A DNA stretch of 37,572 bases from an uncultured archaeon. Its GTDB lineage: Archaea; Aenigmatarchaeota; Aenigmatarchaeia; CG10238-14; EX4484-224. Positions 24,522 through 33,884 of this stretch are shown piece after piece (position 1 is the first letter of the stretch; the number at the start of each line of letters is the position of its first letter). Position numbers and translations under genes: made by a program. The notes beneath the pieces were generated by a model. That model saw only the letters and a program-made list of their open reading frames with translations, did not search any database and was not told where the DNA came from. The stretch is from contig CAYWME010000001.1 of assembly GCA_964459585.1 (NCBI GenBank), positions 1-37,572 of the forward strand, in the 5' to 3' direction.

Positions 24522-25430
24522 TTACTCTGAAATCAATTGCTCTGGAGTTATAATGTTAAAACCTATTTCTTTTGTTATTTCATAAGTATATTCTGCAGAA
24601 ACATATATCGGTAAACTATCAGAAGTATCGATGGACGGTATATTAAAACTACACATTATCTTTTTTGTGTTGTCTACGAAACTTAATTCTACTAGTTCAT
24701 CGTTCTTACAAACCGTGTCACCAATTCTAATTGTCACCTTAACGTTTCTTATTTTCCCGCCGTATTTTACTATTCCATCTCCGCTGTTTATTATGACAAA
24801 CTCTAGATAGCCAGTATCTTGACCGTTTAGACTTCTATAGAAGTATGGTCCATGATCAATTACTTGAACCACTAATGGTGCCTTAGAAACATATGAATAA
24901 GAAATGCTTGGCGTCTCCAATATCTCTTTCAACAAATCTATCTTTGCTTTCAAATAATCGTAATTATAAACATCTACGGACCCTGTTAATTCTGTGGAAT
25001 AATCATAATCCACCGTGACTTCGAGCACTGCATTGCCTGTTACACTTCCTGTTGATATCAAAATGGGTTTTTGATCATAGTAGATTTTTCCTGGCAATTT
25101 TTTTTCTAAATCAACAAAAGTAAGCTGCAATTGATTTAAATCACCTTCAAATGTAAAATCACCAAGCTTTTTTTTCACAGTAGCTAGCACGTTTCTAGCA
25201 TCTTCGCTTCCTTGGTTTTCAACTTTAATCGTAAACGTGTTTTGATCGTTTATAAGAATTTGACTAGGTAAGTCTTCTAAACTCAGCAAAACTTCGCCAA
25301 ACTGCGTAGAAATTACAGAACTTTTATTCCCAGTCTCACCTGTCTCGCCACCAGTTGGTGTTTGAACACAACCGGCGACGAAAACAACAAATAATAAAAT
25401 GAATAACTGTAAGGCTTCTTTAATTTTCAT
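24522..25430 (-). CDS. Secreted lipobox protein with a beta-sandwich/adhesion-like domain (CARDB-like impression)
   Basis: Start trimmed to MKIKEALQLFILLFVVFVAGC, a signal peptide plus a lipobox-like VAG|C. A T/G/E linker follows. The segment FTIKVENQGSEDARNVLATV resembles CARDB/DUF11-type domains (from memory, unverified). Confidence 0.6.
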   Translation of the reverse strand: MKIKEALQLFILLFVVFVAGCVQTPTGGETGETGNKSSVISTQFGEVLLSLEDLPSQILINDQNTFTIKVENQGSEDARNVLATVKKKLGDFTFEGDLNQLQLTFVDLEKKLPGKIYYDQKPILISTGSVTGNAVLEVTVDYDYSTELTGSVDVYNYDYLKAKIDLLKEILETPSISYSYVSKAPLVVQVIDHGPYFYRSLNGQDTGYLEFVIINSGDGIVKYGGKIRNVKVTIRIGDTVCKNDELVELSFVDNTKKIMCSFNIPSIDTSDSLPIYVSAEYTYEITKEIGFNIITPEQLISE

Positions 25431-25462
25431 ATTTTTAATTTTCTTATGAAACGATTTAAATG

Positions 25463-27310
25463 CTATATTTCTCTTACATCGGCACAAAGAGAAGGAATGA
25501 CGTCTATATATCTTGAATATTTTTCTTCTGTGATTTCGTAATTTATCTCAATCAAAACCTCAGTTTCAATAAACGATTTTTTAATGTTTGTTTTATCCAT
25601 AATCTTACATATACCACTCTCATTTATTGCTTCATAAACCTCTCTCTTTTTTTCTATTTCGTCTGGAGAAGTTAGATTATAACAATAATCTTTGAGCTCT
25701 CCTACAGTTATTCCTGGTAATTCAAGCGTTTCTCTTGTTTTCAAATTAATGAGAGTTATATTTACAAATGGTGGAAGAAATTCACATACTTTTCCAGAAT
25801 ATTTCTTTATGCCACTATTAATGGCACTTAACAAATCATCAAAATTACACCATATTTGTTTCATACCTATCGTTTGGTTTATCATTATGTTGTTTTGATA
25901 ATCAACAGTTGAAACATTAGTTAAAATTGGTGTGATAGTTATATTTGATACTTTGAGTGATTTCCCACTGAATGAAAAATCGACTAATAAATCTATCTTA
26001 TTTATATAGCTTTCCATTGTTCTTATAAACGGATTTGGAACAAAATTGATTTTCATACTAATTGGACCCTGTGTAAGCTCTTCGAAATATATTTGAGGTC
26101 CATCATAAGTTTCATAATAAAGAAGCGAAGAGTTTCCTCTAAAGAATCCGGTGTGAGTAACTTCTAAACCCATTCTTAAACCAAAATCATTACAAGTCGA
26201 TTCGTTCCATCCCAAACACATACATTCATAAGATCCTGTTTTAATGCAAGCCTTAGAAGAATCGTTGCAAGGTGTGCCAAACGCACATTCCACATCATCA
26301 AGTGTCGTATAAATCAAGTTAGACTTTATTTGGTCATATGAATATTGACATACAGATGATGACGTAGATGTGACGGTTAAAGTGTTTGGATTGAATTCAA
26401 CCTTATTGACATGACTCTCCTTTGAGTTCAAAACAAAGCCACTAAAATTTGTTGGTGGTAAAAATTTCATCTTTGGAAAAGAAGTGAGTATAAATGGTTT
26501 TACGCTGAGTATTTTTATCGGTTCTTCATACTTGTTTTCTATTTCAAAGGTTTCCTCATAGGGAAACGGTGCTGTCAACGGCCTCGGTTGATTTTTAGAG
26601 CCGAAAATTACATTAATTCCACCACTAACCGGTATTTTTTTAACCTTCGTCGAAGAGATTTTTACTAATTTTTTAACTTGCCTGCTCGTACATTGAAATA
26701 GTTCATTTATTTCGAAGTCTCCTGAAAGCATTGAGAGACAAATCATTGACCTGGCGATAAAAGGCAAAACAACGAAAAGACTTATTATCAAAAACGAGTT
26801 TAAAGCAATAAAACCTCCAACAGATTTAATTTTTGTAGAACCAATAATTCCAATCGCAAAAAAAACTAATAAAATAATTAAACTTGCTGCGTATCCAAGC
26901 CTTATAGTTAGCAATTTATAAATGCTATATCCACTTGGTATGTTAAGAAGACTTGGTATTTTCTGTATTATAATCATTGTTATGATAATCATAATTATTG
27001 ACAGTAGAGGACCAGAAAACAAGACAACGCCCTTTGTCAGCACAGTCAATATAATAAAAACAACTATGAGAACCACTAGAATTATTATAAGTATGAAAAA
27101 CGTACCGCCCATTACAAACGGAAAAAAGGCCTGACAAAATATAAACAATGGGGTTATAATTCTGAAAACCGAAGAAATACCTTTTTTCTCCCCCTCTTCC
27201 TTTGTTTTTATTTTTTTTATAGCATTAGCAAGCTTAGCAGAAACAAAATCTTTTAGTTTTTTGCTTAATTTTTCCTCTTCCGAACTTTTTTCTGAACTTT
27301 CTTCAGCCAT
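25463..27310 (-). CDS. Large polytopic membrane protein with a Cys-rich extracytoplasmic C-terminal domain (unknown function)
   Basis: 615 aa. An acidic/basic cytoplasmic N-terminus is followed by about 5-6 hydrophobic helices (aa 50-230). An approx. 380-aa domain then carries clustered Cys (ECAFGTPCNDSSKACIKTGSYECMCLGWNESTCNDFG). Confidence 0.65.
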   Translation of the reverse strand: MAEESSEKSSEEEKLSKKLKDFVSAKLANAIKKIKTKEEGEKKGISSVFRIITPLFIFCQAFFPFVMGGTFFILIIILVVLIVVFIILTVLTKGVVLFSGPLLSIIMIIITMIIIQKIPSLLNIPSGYSIYKLLTIRLGYAASLIILLVFFAIGIIGSTKIKSVGGFIALNSFLIISLFVVLPFIARSMICLSMLSGDFEINELFQCTSRQVKKLVKISSTKVKKIPVSGGINVIFGSKNQPRPLTAPFPYEETFEIENKYEEPIKILSVKPFILTSFPKMKFLPPTNFSGFVLNSKESHVNKVEFNPNTLTVTSTSSSVCQYSYDQIKSNLIYTTLDDVECAFGTPCNDSSKACIKTGSYECMCLGWNESTCNDFGLRMGLEVTHTGFFRGNSSLLYYETYDGPQIYFEELTQGPISMKINFVPNPFIRTMESYINKIDLLVDFSFSGKSLKVSNITITPILTNVSTVDYQNNIMINQTIGMKQIWCNFDDLLSAINSGIKKYSGKVCEFLPPFVNITLINLKTRETLELPGITVGELKDYCYNLTSPDEIEKKREVYEAINESGICKIMDKTNIKKSFIETEVLIEINYEITEEKYSRYIDVIPSLCADVREI

Positions 27311-27428
27311 ATATAGAAATTAGTAAAACACAAAATTAATTGTTAAAAACATTTTTAAAGCTATTGGAACAATTAAATACATATAGCTGGAAACTGACTA
27401 GAAGAACGATAAAGGAGGTGAAGATAAG

Positions 27429-27764
27429 ATGGTAATAACAACTACAAATACGACATCTACAAGTCCTGCTAGAACGAACACAAGCATGACTACACAACCA
27501 GAAAATGAGATCTACGTTGGAAAAAAACCAAGTATGAGCTATGTACTGGCTGTAATCACACAGTTCACAAATGGACAAAGAGAAGTTAACATAAAAGCAA
27601 GAGGAAGAGCAATCAGTAAGGCAGTAGACGTCGCAGAAGTCGTAAGGAGAAGGTTCGTCCAGGAAGCAAGAATAAAGAACATCGAGATAGGAACAGAAGA
27701 AAGAGAACTACAGGACGGAAAGAAAGTAAACGTATCGACAATAACAATAACTCTAGCAAAGTAA
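27429..27764 (+). CDS. albA: Chromatin protein Alba (DNA/RNA-binding) with a Thr/Ser-rich N-terminal extension
   Basis: Alba core [21 protein letters not shown]...[25 protein letters not shown] strong GGAGGTG lies 8 nt upstream of the ATG at 27429. The internal ATG at 27486 has no SD. Confidence 0.9.
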   Translation: MVITTTNTTSTSPARTNTSMTTQPENEIYVGKKPSMSYVLAVITQFTNGQREVNIKARGRAISKAVDVAEVVRRRFVQEARIKNIEIGTEERELQDGKKVNVSTITITLAK

Positions 27765-27778
27765 AACTTACAACAAAC

Positions 27779-27795
27779 TCTTTTTTTAATTTTTT
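27779..27795. terminator. T-rich tract between convergent albA and deoA (CTTTTTTTTTAATTTTTT)
   Basis: Oligo-T runs are the usual archaeal intrinsic termination signal. It lies about 15 nt after the albA stop and reads as an A-run for the opposite gene. Confidence 0.3.
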
Positions 27796-29338
27796 AACGT
27801 TCTAAAACAAAGGTTTTTCTGTGTTTTATTTTTTCTTTAACAATTTGTATGAGCATTTCACTCTTCTTTCCAACCCCATAAGGCTTTTTCTCTAATAACA
27901 CTTTCTCGACTAAATCTAGTTTTCTTTCTCTTTCAGCAAACACAGTGAAAAGTTTCTCTCCTTTTCTTACTTTATCACCAATTTTCTTGTTTATAACAAT
28001 TCCTGCTCCCCTATACTTTGGGGCACCAGCTAGTTTTGCTAGGTCTACGAGCAACCTTGTGTCAATCCAAAAAACAACACCGTTCACAGGAGAGTTAACA
28101 TCCAAAGTATATTCACCTATGGGTATATCTTCAGGTTTAATTCTTGGGTTACCACCCTGTTCTTTTATTATTTCTCTCAATTTTTTCTCCGCCTTTCCAC
28201 TTTTTAGAGCATACATCGCTTTTGCCCTACCCTTTCGATCTCCTACGAGTTTTAACAAAGCTTCTGCTATATCAAATACCTTGTCTTCCTGATCACCAAT
28301 GGTTTTTTTTCTCATGATTATCTCTAATGCTTCTCTTGCCTCCAATGATGGACCAATTGCATATCCAATAGGCTGTTCACCGTTTGTTATAGTAACATTT
28401 ATCTTGATTCCAAGCCTTTTTCCTAATTCTATAAAATCTTTAGCCAAGAAATTCGCATCACCTATTGTTTTGACTTTCATGCCCCTCCCTGTTGGTATAT
28501 CTATGATAAGATGGGTTGCTCCTACTGCTTTTTTCTTGCTCATAATGGAAGGAAATAAAAGTGGGTCTATATGCAATGGATACTCTATATTTACGAATCT
28601 TTCATCTGCAGGAGCCAAACCGAGCCTCCCTCCCCATACCAAGCAACCATTTGTTTTTTTAACTACCCTTTTCATTTCATCTATCTCGAGAGAGACAGGC
28701 ATCAAACACTCGGCTTTATCGGCAGTACCTGCAGCTGATGTAACGGCCCTAGAACTTGTTTTTGGGATAGTATATCCGAGAGAAGCAATTATCGGGACCA
28801 ATATCATTGAAGTTTTATCACCAGCGGCACCACCTATAGAATGTTTATCCAAAACAGGTCGTTTTTTTATGTTAAGTTTTTTACCAGTTTCGACCATGGC
28901 CATTGTTAAGTTGGTTGCTTCTTCAAGACTTAAACCAAAATAATGTAAACTGACAACAAACGCTGTTATTTCAACCTCACTCAAATTGCCATTAACAACG
29001 TCTTTTATAATTTCGTATATTTTGTTCTTTGTGAGTCTTCTGCCTTTTAATCTTTCCCTTATGTATTGTAAAGAAGATGGGAAGGGAGCTACAGTTACCT
29101 CAACCTCTTCACCATCTTTCAATTTGAAAATGTCTTTAACTTCTTTGTATATTCCAATATATCCACGCTCTACCATCTTCTTCGCGATGTTAACTATACA
29201 AACACTTTCTTTTCTTTTGTGTTTTAGTTTTATTCTAGAAGTCGTCTTGATCCCAAGATCCTCAGCGTCATCTATATTTAGGACTACTACAGGGAACCCA
29301 CCAGATTCTATTTGCAAGATTTTAGTTTTCAGTTTCAT
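27794..29338 (-). CDS. deoA: AMP phosphorylase (archaeal DeoA, thymidine phosphorylase family with an N-terminal extra domain)
   Basis: 514 aa, with the typical AMPpase N-terminus (LKTKILQIESGGFPVVVLNIDDAEDLGI). Glycosyltransferase family 3 motifs are present (DKHSIGGAAGDKTS, TSSRAVTSAAGTADK). Confidence 0.85.
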   Translation of the reverse strand: MKLKTKILQIESGGFPVVVLNIDDAEDLGIKTTSRIKLKHKRKESVCIVNIAKKMVERGYIGIYKEVKDIFKLKDGEEVEVTVAPFPSSLQYIRERLKGRRLTKNKIYEIIKDVVNGNLSEVEITAFVVSLHYFGLSLEEATNLTMAMVETGKKLNIKKRPVLDKHSIGGAAGDKTSMILVPIIASLGYTIPKTSSRAVTSAAGTADKAECLMPVSLEIDEMKRVVKKTNGCLVWGGRLGLAPADERFVNIEYPLHIDPLLFPSIMSKKKAVGATHLIIDIPTGRGMKVKTIGDANFLAKDFIELGKRLGIKINVTITNGEQPIGYAIGPSLEAREALEIIMRKKTIGDQEDKVFDIAEALLKLVGDRKGRAKAMYALKSGKAEKKLREIIKEQGGNPRIKPEDIPIGEYTLDVNSPVNGVVFWIDTRLLVDLAKLAGAPKYRGAGIVINKKIGDKVRKGEKLFTVFAERERKLDLVEKVLLEKKPYGVGKKSEMLIQIVKEKIKHRKTFVLER

Positions 29339-29604
29339 TTAACCACACAGCTTCCATTTTCAAAAACACATGATGCGTTTGGTTTAGGTGAAATTATCTG
29401 GGGGCACAATATAAACCCTGTACAATTTGGTTCTTGGAAGTTTTCTAGGTCAACACACTCCCAAACCGCACCAGCCCTTTCTGTACAGCAGTTGATAATC
29501 CTCCAACCACATCTGTTTGTGCCTTCAATTGTTTTTCTTTTCAAATATAAAAATAGTAAAAACATCAATAAAAAAAACAGAAAAATAGCTTTAATCGATT
29601 TCAT
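29335..29604 (-). CDS. Small secreted Cys-rich protein (89 aa, 8 Cys)
   Basis: Start trimmed to MKSIKAIFLFFLLMFLLFLYL (signal/anchor). The mature part is rich in Cys (NRCGW..NCCTE..WECVD..PNCTG..LCPQ..SCVFENGSCVVK). The stop overlaps the deoA ATG (ATGA). Confidence 0.5.
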   Translation of the reverse strand: MKSIKAIFLFFLLMFLLFLYLKRKTIEGTNRCGWRIINCCTERAGAVWECVDLENFQEPNCTGFILCPQIISPKPNASCVFENGSCVVK

Positions 29605-29655
29605 AATGTAATTTTTGAAGTTCAAATTTAAGTAAAAACCACTTAAAATAAATCG

Positions 29656-30306
29656 ATGGTTGATAAAGAAAATGAGCAAATGGTTAGATATCTTAAAAAA
29701 AACGGCTATATCACGAAAAAAAGAGTTGAGGACGCATTTCTAAAATGCCCGAGAAAGTTGTTTGTACCAGAGGGATTTGAATACGAAGCTTATAATGACT
29801 ATCCTTTACCATTAGGTAGAAATTCTACGATATCAGCGTCACATATGGTAGCAATGATGACAGAGCTTCTTGATCCAAAACCTGGTGAAAAAATATTAGA
29901 AATTGGTATGGGATCGGGTTGGCAAGCATGTATTCTGTCACAACTTGTCGGAAAAAATGGAATTGTTGTTACTGTTGAAATTGATAAAGATGTTTATTCT
30001 TTTGGAAAAAAGAACATTCAGAAAGTTAAATGTGAAAATGTGATAGCTGTTCATGGTGATGGATCATTAGGTTATAAAAAAATGGCACCATATGATGGTG
30101 TTTTGGTTACAGCTGCTGTTCCTAAAAAAATCCCAGAAGAATTAATCTCTCAATTAAAGAAAAATGGGAGAATCGTCGCACCAATTGAAAAAAGTAGGTG
30201 GAATCAAGTCTTGATCTACGGAAAAAAGATTAACAATAAACTATCAATTAAAGAACTTGCTAATGTTTCTTTTGTAAGATTAAGAGGAATGTTTGGGTTT
30301 AAATGA
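29656..30306 (+). CDS. pcm: Protein-L-isoaspartate O-methyltransferase
   Basis: YNDYPLPLGRNSTISASHMVAMMTELL...ILEIGMGSGWQACILSQLVG...VTAAVPKIPEELISQLK. These are the canonical PIMT motifs. Confidence 0.9.
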   Translation: MVDKENEQMVRYLKKNGYITKKRVEDAFLKCPRKLFVPEGFEYEAYNDYPLPLGRNSTISASHMVAMMTELLDPKPGEKILEIGMGSGWQACILSQLVGKNGIVVTVEIDKDVYSFGKKNIQKVKCENVIAVHGDGSLGYKKMAPYDGVLVTAAVPKKIPEELISQLKKNGRIVAPIEKSRWNQVLIYGKKINNKLSIKELANVSFVRLRGMFGFK

Positions 30307-30380
30307 TGGGGCTGCTGGGATTTGAACCCAGACCACCAGCACCCGAAGCTGGTATCCTAGCCAAGTTAGACCACAGCCCC
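30307..30380 (-). tRNA. tRNA-Pro (anticodon CGG), 74 nt, no intron, no encoded CCA
   Basis: The reverse complement folds as GGGGCTG-TG-GTCT-AACTTGGCTA-GGAT-A-CCAGC-TTCGGGT-GCTGG-TGGT-CTGGG-TTCAAAT-CCCAG-CAGCCCC-A. Confidence 0.85.
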
Positions 30381-30402
30381 CTAAAAATCTTTAGAAAAAA
30401 AC

Positions 30403-32547
30403 TTAACTTAAAATCTTCTGTTCCTGTTTTAAACCACCGACTTGTTTTTTAACATCTAAAGCGATTTTTGGTCCGAGGATTCTCGAAAGAACTTCTATCG
30501 GTACTTTTCTTATATCAGAAATTGTCTTTATATTGTTGTCAAAGAGTTTTCTGGCTCTTATCCTCCCTATTTTCTCTAATTTAACAAGTCTTAATAGTTC
30601 TTCTTTCACACCATGTTTAACTCTAAGTCTTGTTTTTTTAATTGTCTTAATCAATTCTTTTAGGCCGAGAATGTATGCTATTTCTTGTATCGAATATAAA
30701 ATCCAATCCATTGTCTGTAATTTACTCCAGAAATCCCCAGGAGTTATACCAAAAGTCGATAAAAGAAAACTTTCTGTTTTTTCATTAATCCAAGCCTCAA
30801 AAACTAATGCTAACTTAAAGCTTTTTAAAAATTCATCGTAATCGTAATCCCATTCTTCTGGTATATCTGTTATTAGTTTGTGCCTTCTTTTTTCTAGTTC
30901 TTCCTCAAGTTTTCCAATCTCTTTTGTTTTGATGTTAATATATGGGTAAAATTCCCTCGTCCAGGCTGCTAAAGAAATAAATGAGAATTCGTTTGTTTTT
31001 CTTTTCGCTGCTTTTTTGATTCCATTTATTAGCTTATAACCAGTTAATGGATCCAGGTATAACTCACTTATTCTTTTTCCGATCGTTGCAGCAACTACTT
31101 TATTGTCTTTTTCTTTTATAAATCCCCAATCTTTAAGATCTTCTAAGATTCTTTCGATTTTTTCTTCTATAATACAGAAATCACTAAATTGCTTGGCATA
31201 GAATGTTTTTGAGAAAAAATTCAACAGACTTTCAAGTGAGTTACAAAAACCAAGAGAAATTAAAGAAAGGACGTACATTCTAAGTATCGGTTCCAGAGAA
31301 AGTTTTGAAGTTATGTCTTCTGGTTCTCCTAAAATATAGGTTTCTTCTAAGGTTGCTGCTTCGTGCTCAGTTTTGGAAAATAGTATACCAATCCCAAAAT
31401 CATCATAGTCAACTCTTCCGGCTCTGCCTAACATTTGCTCAACCTCAAGAACAGGAATGTACATAGAACCTATACCAGGATAATATCTTTTCAGATCACG
31501 TATAACGACAACAAAAGATGGAAGATTTACGCCATATGCTAATGATGGTGTAGCAACTATTAGTTTTATTAAGCCTTCTCTAAAGGATTTTTCTATGATT
31601 TTTCTTTGTTTATACAACAAGCCAGAATGATGAAAAGCTATGCCTTTTTTTACAAATGTTGATAATTTTTTACATTGAAGTGTTGGTGTATCTAGAACTG
31701 TTTCTATTTCAAGAGACACTTTCTTTAATTTTTCTGTCTCTTCCTGTGTTGTGTATTTTGAAACTAATGCAGAGAGTTTGGATGCAAGTGATTCAGCTTT
31801 TTTTCTCGTTGATACGAAAAACAAGATTTGCTTTCTTCTTTTAAGTATATTTTTTGTTAAAGCTGCTTCGCCTTCTAAGTTTTCATCAAGCCTTACGATA
31901 CCTTTATTGTATATCTTTATTTTTGAGTTGACAAGAATTCCTTTGTATAATTTGACTGGTCTCCATGATGAGACAACAGGTTCGGCATTTAACCATTCTG
32001 CAAGCTCATTGGCATTTTTTATGGTTGCACTTAGAGCCAGTATTTGTGAGTTTGGAACAATTTCTTTTAAAAGTGTTAGTACAACTTCGAGTGTTGGACC
32101 GCGTGATGGGTCTGTTAGAAGATGTATTTCATCTGCGATTATCAAACCTATGTCTCTGATCCAATCCGCGTCATGTCTTATCAATGAATCCATTTTTTCA
32201 TTTGTAGTGATTATAAAATCATATTTTTTCAACCATGGATCAGAACTGTCATAATCACCAACACTAATTGCAACTTTTATACCAATTTTTTCATATTTTT
32301 TCTTGAAAACGTCGTATTTTTCGTTAGCTAAAGCTACTAGAGGAACCAAATATACTACCTTCTTTTTGTCTTGTAAAATTGTTTTAACCGCACTAATCTC
32401 AGCTATCAATGTCTTTCCTGAACTTGTCGGAGCAAAAATGACTAAGTTTTTACCCTCTAATAAACCTTTTTTTATAGATTTTTCCTGAACTGGATTTAGA
32501 CTTGAAAACCCCGAAATTTCTAAAACTTTTTTAACAACGTCTTTCAT
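30403..32547 (-). CDS. hel308: Hel308/Ski2-like ATP-dependent DNA helicase
   Basis: Motif I APTSSGKT, motif II ADEIH, motif III SAT, and motif VI QMLGRAGR. The 714-aa length and the C-terminal helix-hairpin-helix-like domain (KIGRIRARKLFDNNIKTISDI) also fit. Confidence 0.85.
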   Translation of the reverse strand: MKDVVKKVLEISGFSSLNPVQEKSIKKGLLEGKNLVIFAPTSSGKTLIAEISAVKTILQDKKKVVYLVPLVALANEKYDVFKKKYEKIGIKVAISVGDYDSSDPWLKKYDFIITTNEKMDSLIRHDADWIRDIGLIIADEIHLLTDPSRGPTLEVVLTLLKEIVPNSQILALSATIKNANELAEWLNAEPVVSSWRPVKLYKGILVNSKIKIYNKGIVRLDENLEGEAALTKNILKRRKQILFFVSTRKKAESLASKLSALVSKYTTQEETEKLKKVSLEIETVLDTPTLQCKKLSTFVKKGIAFHHSGLLYKQRKIIEKSFREGLIKLIVATPSLAYGVNLPSFVVVIRDLKRYYPGIGSMYIPVLEVEQMLGRAGRVDYDDFGIGILFSKTEHEAATLEETYILGEPEDITSKLSLEPILRMYVLSLISLGFCNSLESLLNFFSKTFYAKQFSDFCIIEEKIERILEDLKDWGFIKEKDNKVVAATIGKRISELYLDPLTGYKLINGIKKAAKRKTNEFSFISLAAWTREFYPYINIKTKEIGKLEEELEKRRHKLITDIPEEWDYDYDEFLKSFKLALVFEAWINEKTESFLLSTFGITPGDFWSKLQTMDWILYSIQEIAYILGLKELIKTIKKTRLRVKHGVKEELLRLVKLEKIGRIRARKLFDNNIKTISDIRKVPIEVLSRILGPKIALDVKKQVGGLKQEQKILS

Positions 32548-32600
32548 GCTCTATAATTAGACGAGCAAGTTATTAATTTAATGGAACTTCAATTCAAAAT

Positions 32601-33581
32601 ATGATATCATTGGGTATAGAATGTTCAGCGTATGTTTTCGGTGTTGGTATTGTAAATGATAAGAAAAAAATACTTGCCGATCGGAGGTTTTTTTTCAAGC
32701 CAGAAAAAGGTGGTCTTATACCGAGAATGGCAAGTGAAGAACATGCTAAAAATTCCAAAAAGATTATTGAAAAATCATTAGAAGAGGCAGGATTAAGTTT
32801 AAATGATATTGGTGTTGTTTGTTTTACACAAGGCATGGGAATTCCAAATAATTTGAGAATTTGTTCTAGTGTGGCTAGGTATATTGCATTAAAATACAAA
32901 AAACCTATTGTAGGAGTTAATCATGCAATAGGTCATATTGAAATAGGTAAAATGTTAACAAAATGTGAAGATCCTGTTATTTTGTACTTATCTGGCGGAA
33001 ATACACAGATTATTGCATATTCGGAAGGAAAATATAGAATTTTCGGAGAAACAGAAGATATACCTGTTGGCAACGCCTTTGATGTCTTGGCAAGAAACAT
33101 GGGATTGGATATGCCGGGTGGTCCAAAAATAGAAGAATTGGCAAAAAAAGGAAAATACATAGAAATACCATATGTTGTCAAGGGAATGGATGTTTCTTTT
33201 TCTGGTATACTAACCGATTGTATAAGAAAATTGAAAAAAGGCATTAAATCTGAAAATGTAGCCTATTCATTTCAGGAAACCGTGTTCTCGATGTTGGTGG
33301 AAGTTACAGAGAGAGCTATGGCTCAAACAGGTAAAAATGAAGTTTTAGCTGTTGGTGGAGTTGCAGCCAATAAAAGACTTAGAGAGATGCTCAATATAAT
33401 GTGTAGGGAGAGGGGAGCTAAAGCATATATTGCACCACATAAATATTCTGGTGATAATGGAGTTATGATAGCTTGGGCTGGGCTTCTTGAGTATACTCAT
33501 AGAAAAAAGAGTATCCCAATCAATAAAACAAGAATTAAACCAAAATGGAGAATAGAGGATGTGGATGTTTGCTGGATTTAA
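32601..33581 (+). CDS. kae1: tRNA N6-adenosine threonylcarbamoyltransferase Kae1 (not fused to Bud32)
   Basis: LGIECSAYVFGVGIV, VNHAIGHIE (metal-binding His pair), LYLSGGNTQII and SGDNGVMIAWAG motifs. Confidence 0.9.
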   Translation: MISLGIECSAYVFGVGIVNDKKKILADRRFFFKPEKGGLIPRMASEEHAKNSKKIIEKSLEEAGLSLNDIGVVCFTQGMGIPNNLRICSSVARYIALKYKKPIVGVNHAIGHIEIGKMLTKCEDPVILYLSGGNTQIIAYSEGKYRIFGETEDIPVGNAFDVLARNMGLDMPGGPKIEELAKKGKYIEIPYVVKGMDVSFSGILTDCIRKLKKGIKSENVAYSFQETVFSMLVEVTERAMAQTGKNEVLAVGGVAANKRLREMLNIMCRERGAKAYIAPHKYSGDNGVMIAWAGLLEYTHRKKSIPINKTRIKPKWRIEDVDVCWI

Positions 33582-33841
33582 ACAAGCTCGCTTTCTGAAA
33601 TTATCACAAAGTCCCCAATGCTTTTTACCGCTGTGAATGGAATTAAAACTCTTCCTCTGTCATCTATTTTTGGATTTAATTCTTTTAGATATTTTGTGGG
33701 ATTTGATATAATCATGTTTAATAACTCACCGCTTTCTGCTACAAACTCTATGTTACTTACAACGCCGAATCTTCTTCCTGTTTCTTCACTGATGACTTCT
33801 CTTCCTATTATATGTCCTATCTTAACTCTATCTTCGGGCAT
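33578..33841 (-). CDS. Small PRC-barrel domain protein
   Basis: 87 aa. IIGREVISEETGRRFGVVSNIEFVAESGELLNMII...IPFTAVKSIGDFVII matches the archaeal stand-alone PRC-barrel pattern. Confidence 0.6.
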   Translation of the reverse strand: MPEDRVKIGHIIGREVISEETGRRFGVVSNIEFVAESGELLNMIISNPTKYLKELNPKIDDRGRVLIPFTAVKSIGDFVIISESELV

Positions 33842-33884
33842 TTTTTCACCTTATAAATAGTTTTTGAGTTTAACTTAATAAATA

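Noticed and set aside
27945-29342. Three plus-strand ORFs (115, 214 and 118 aa)
   Set aside because: All lie antisense inside the well-supported AMP phosphorylase gene and have no recognisable motifs.
30533-32488. Several plus-strand ORFs (61-167 aa) within 30.5-32.5 kb
   Set aside because: All are antisense to the Hel308 helicase gene, whose motifs run continuously through the region.
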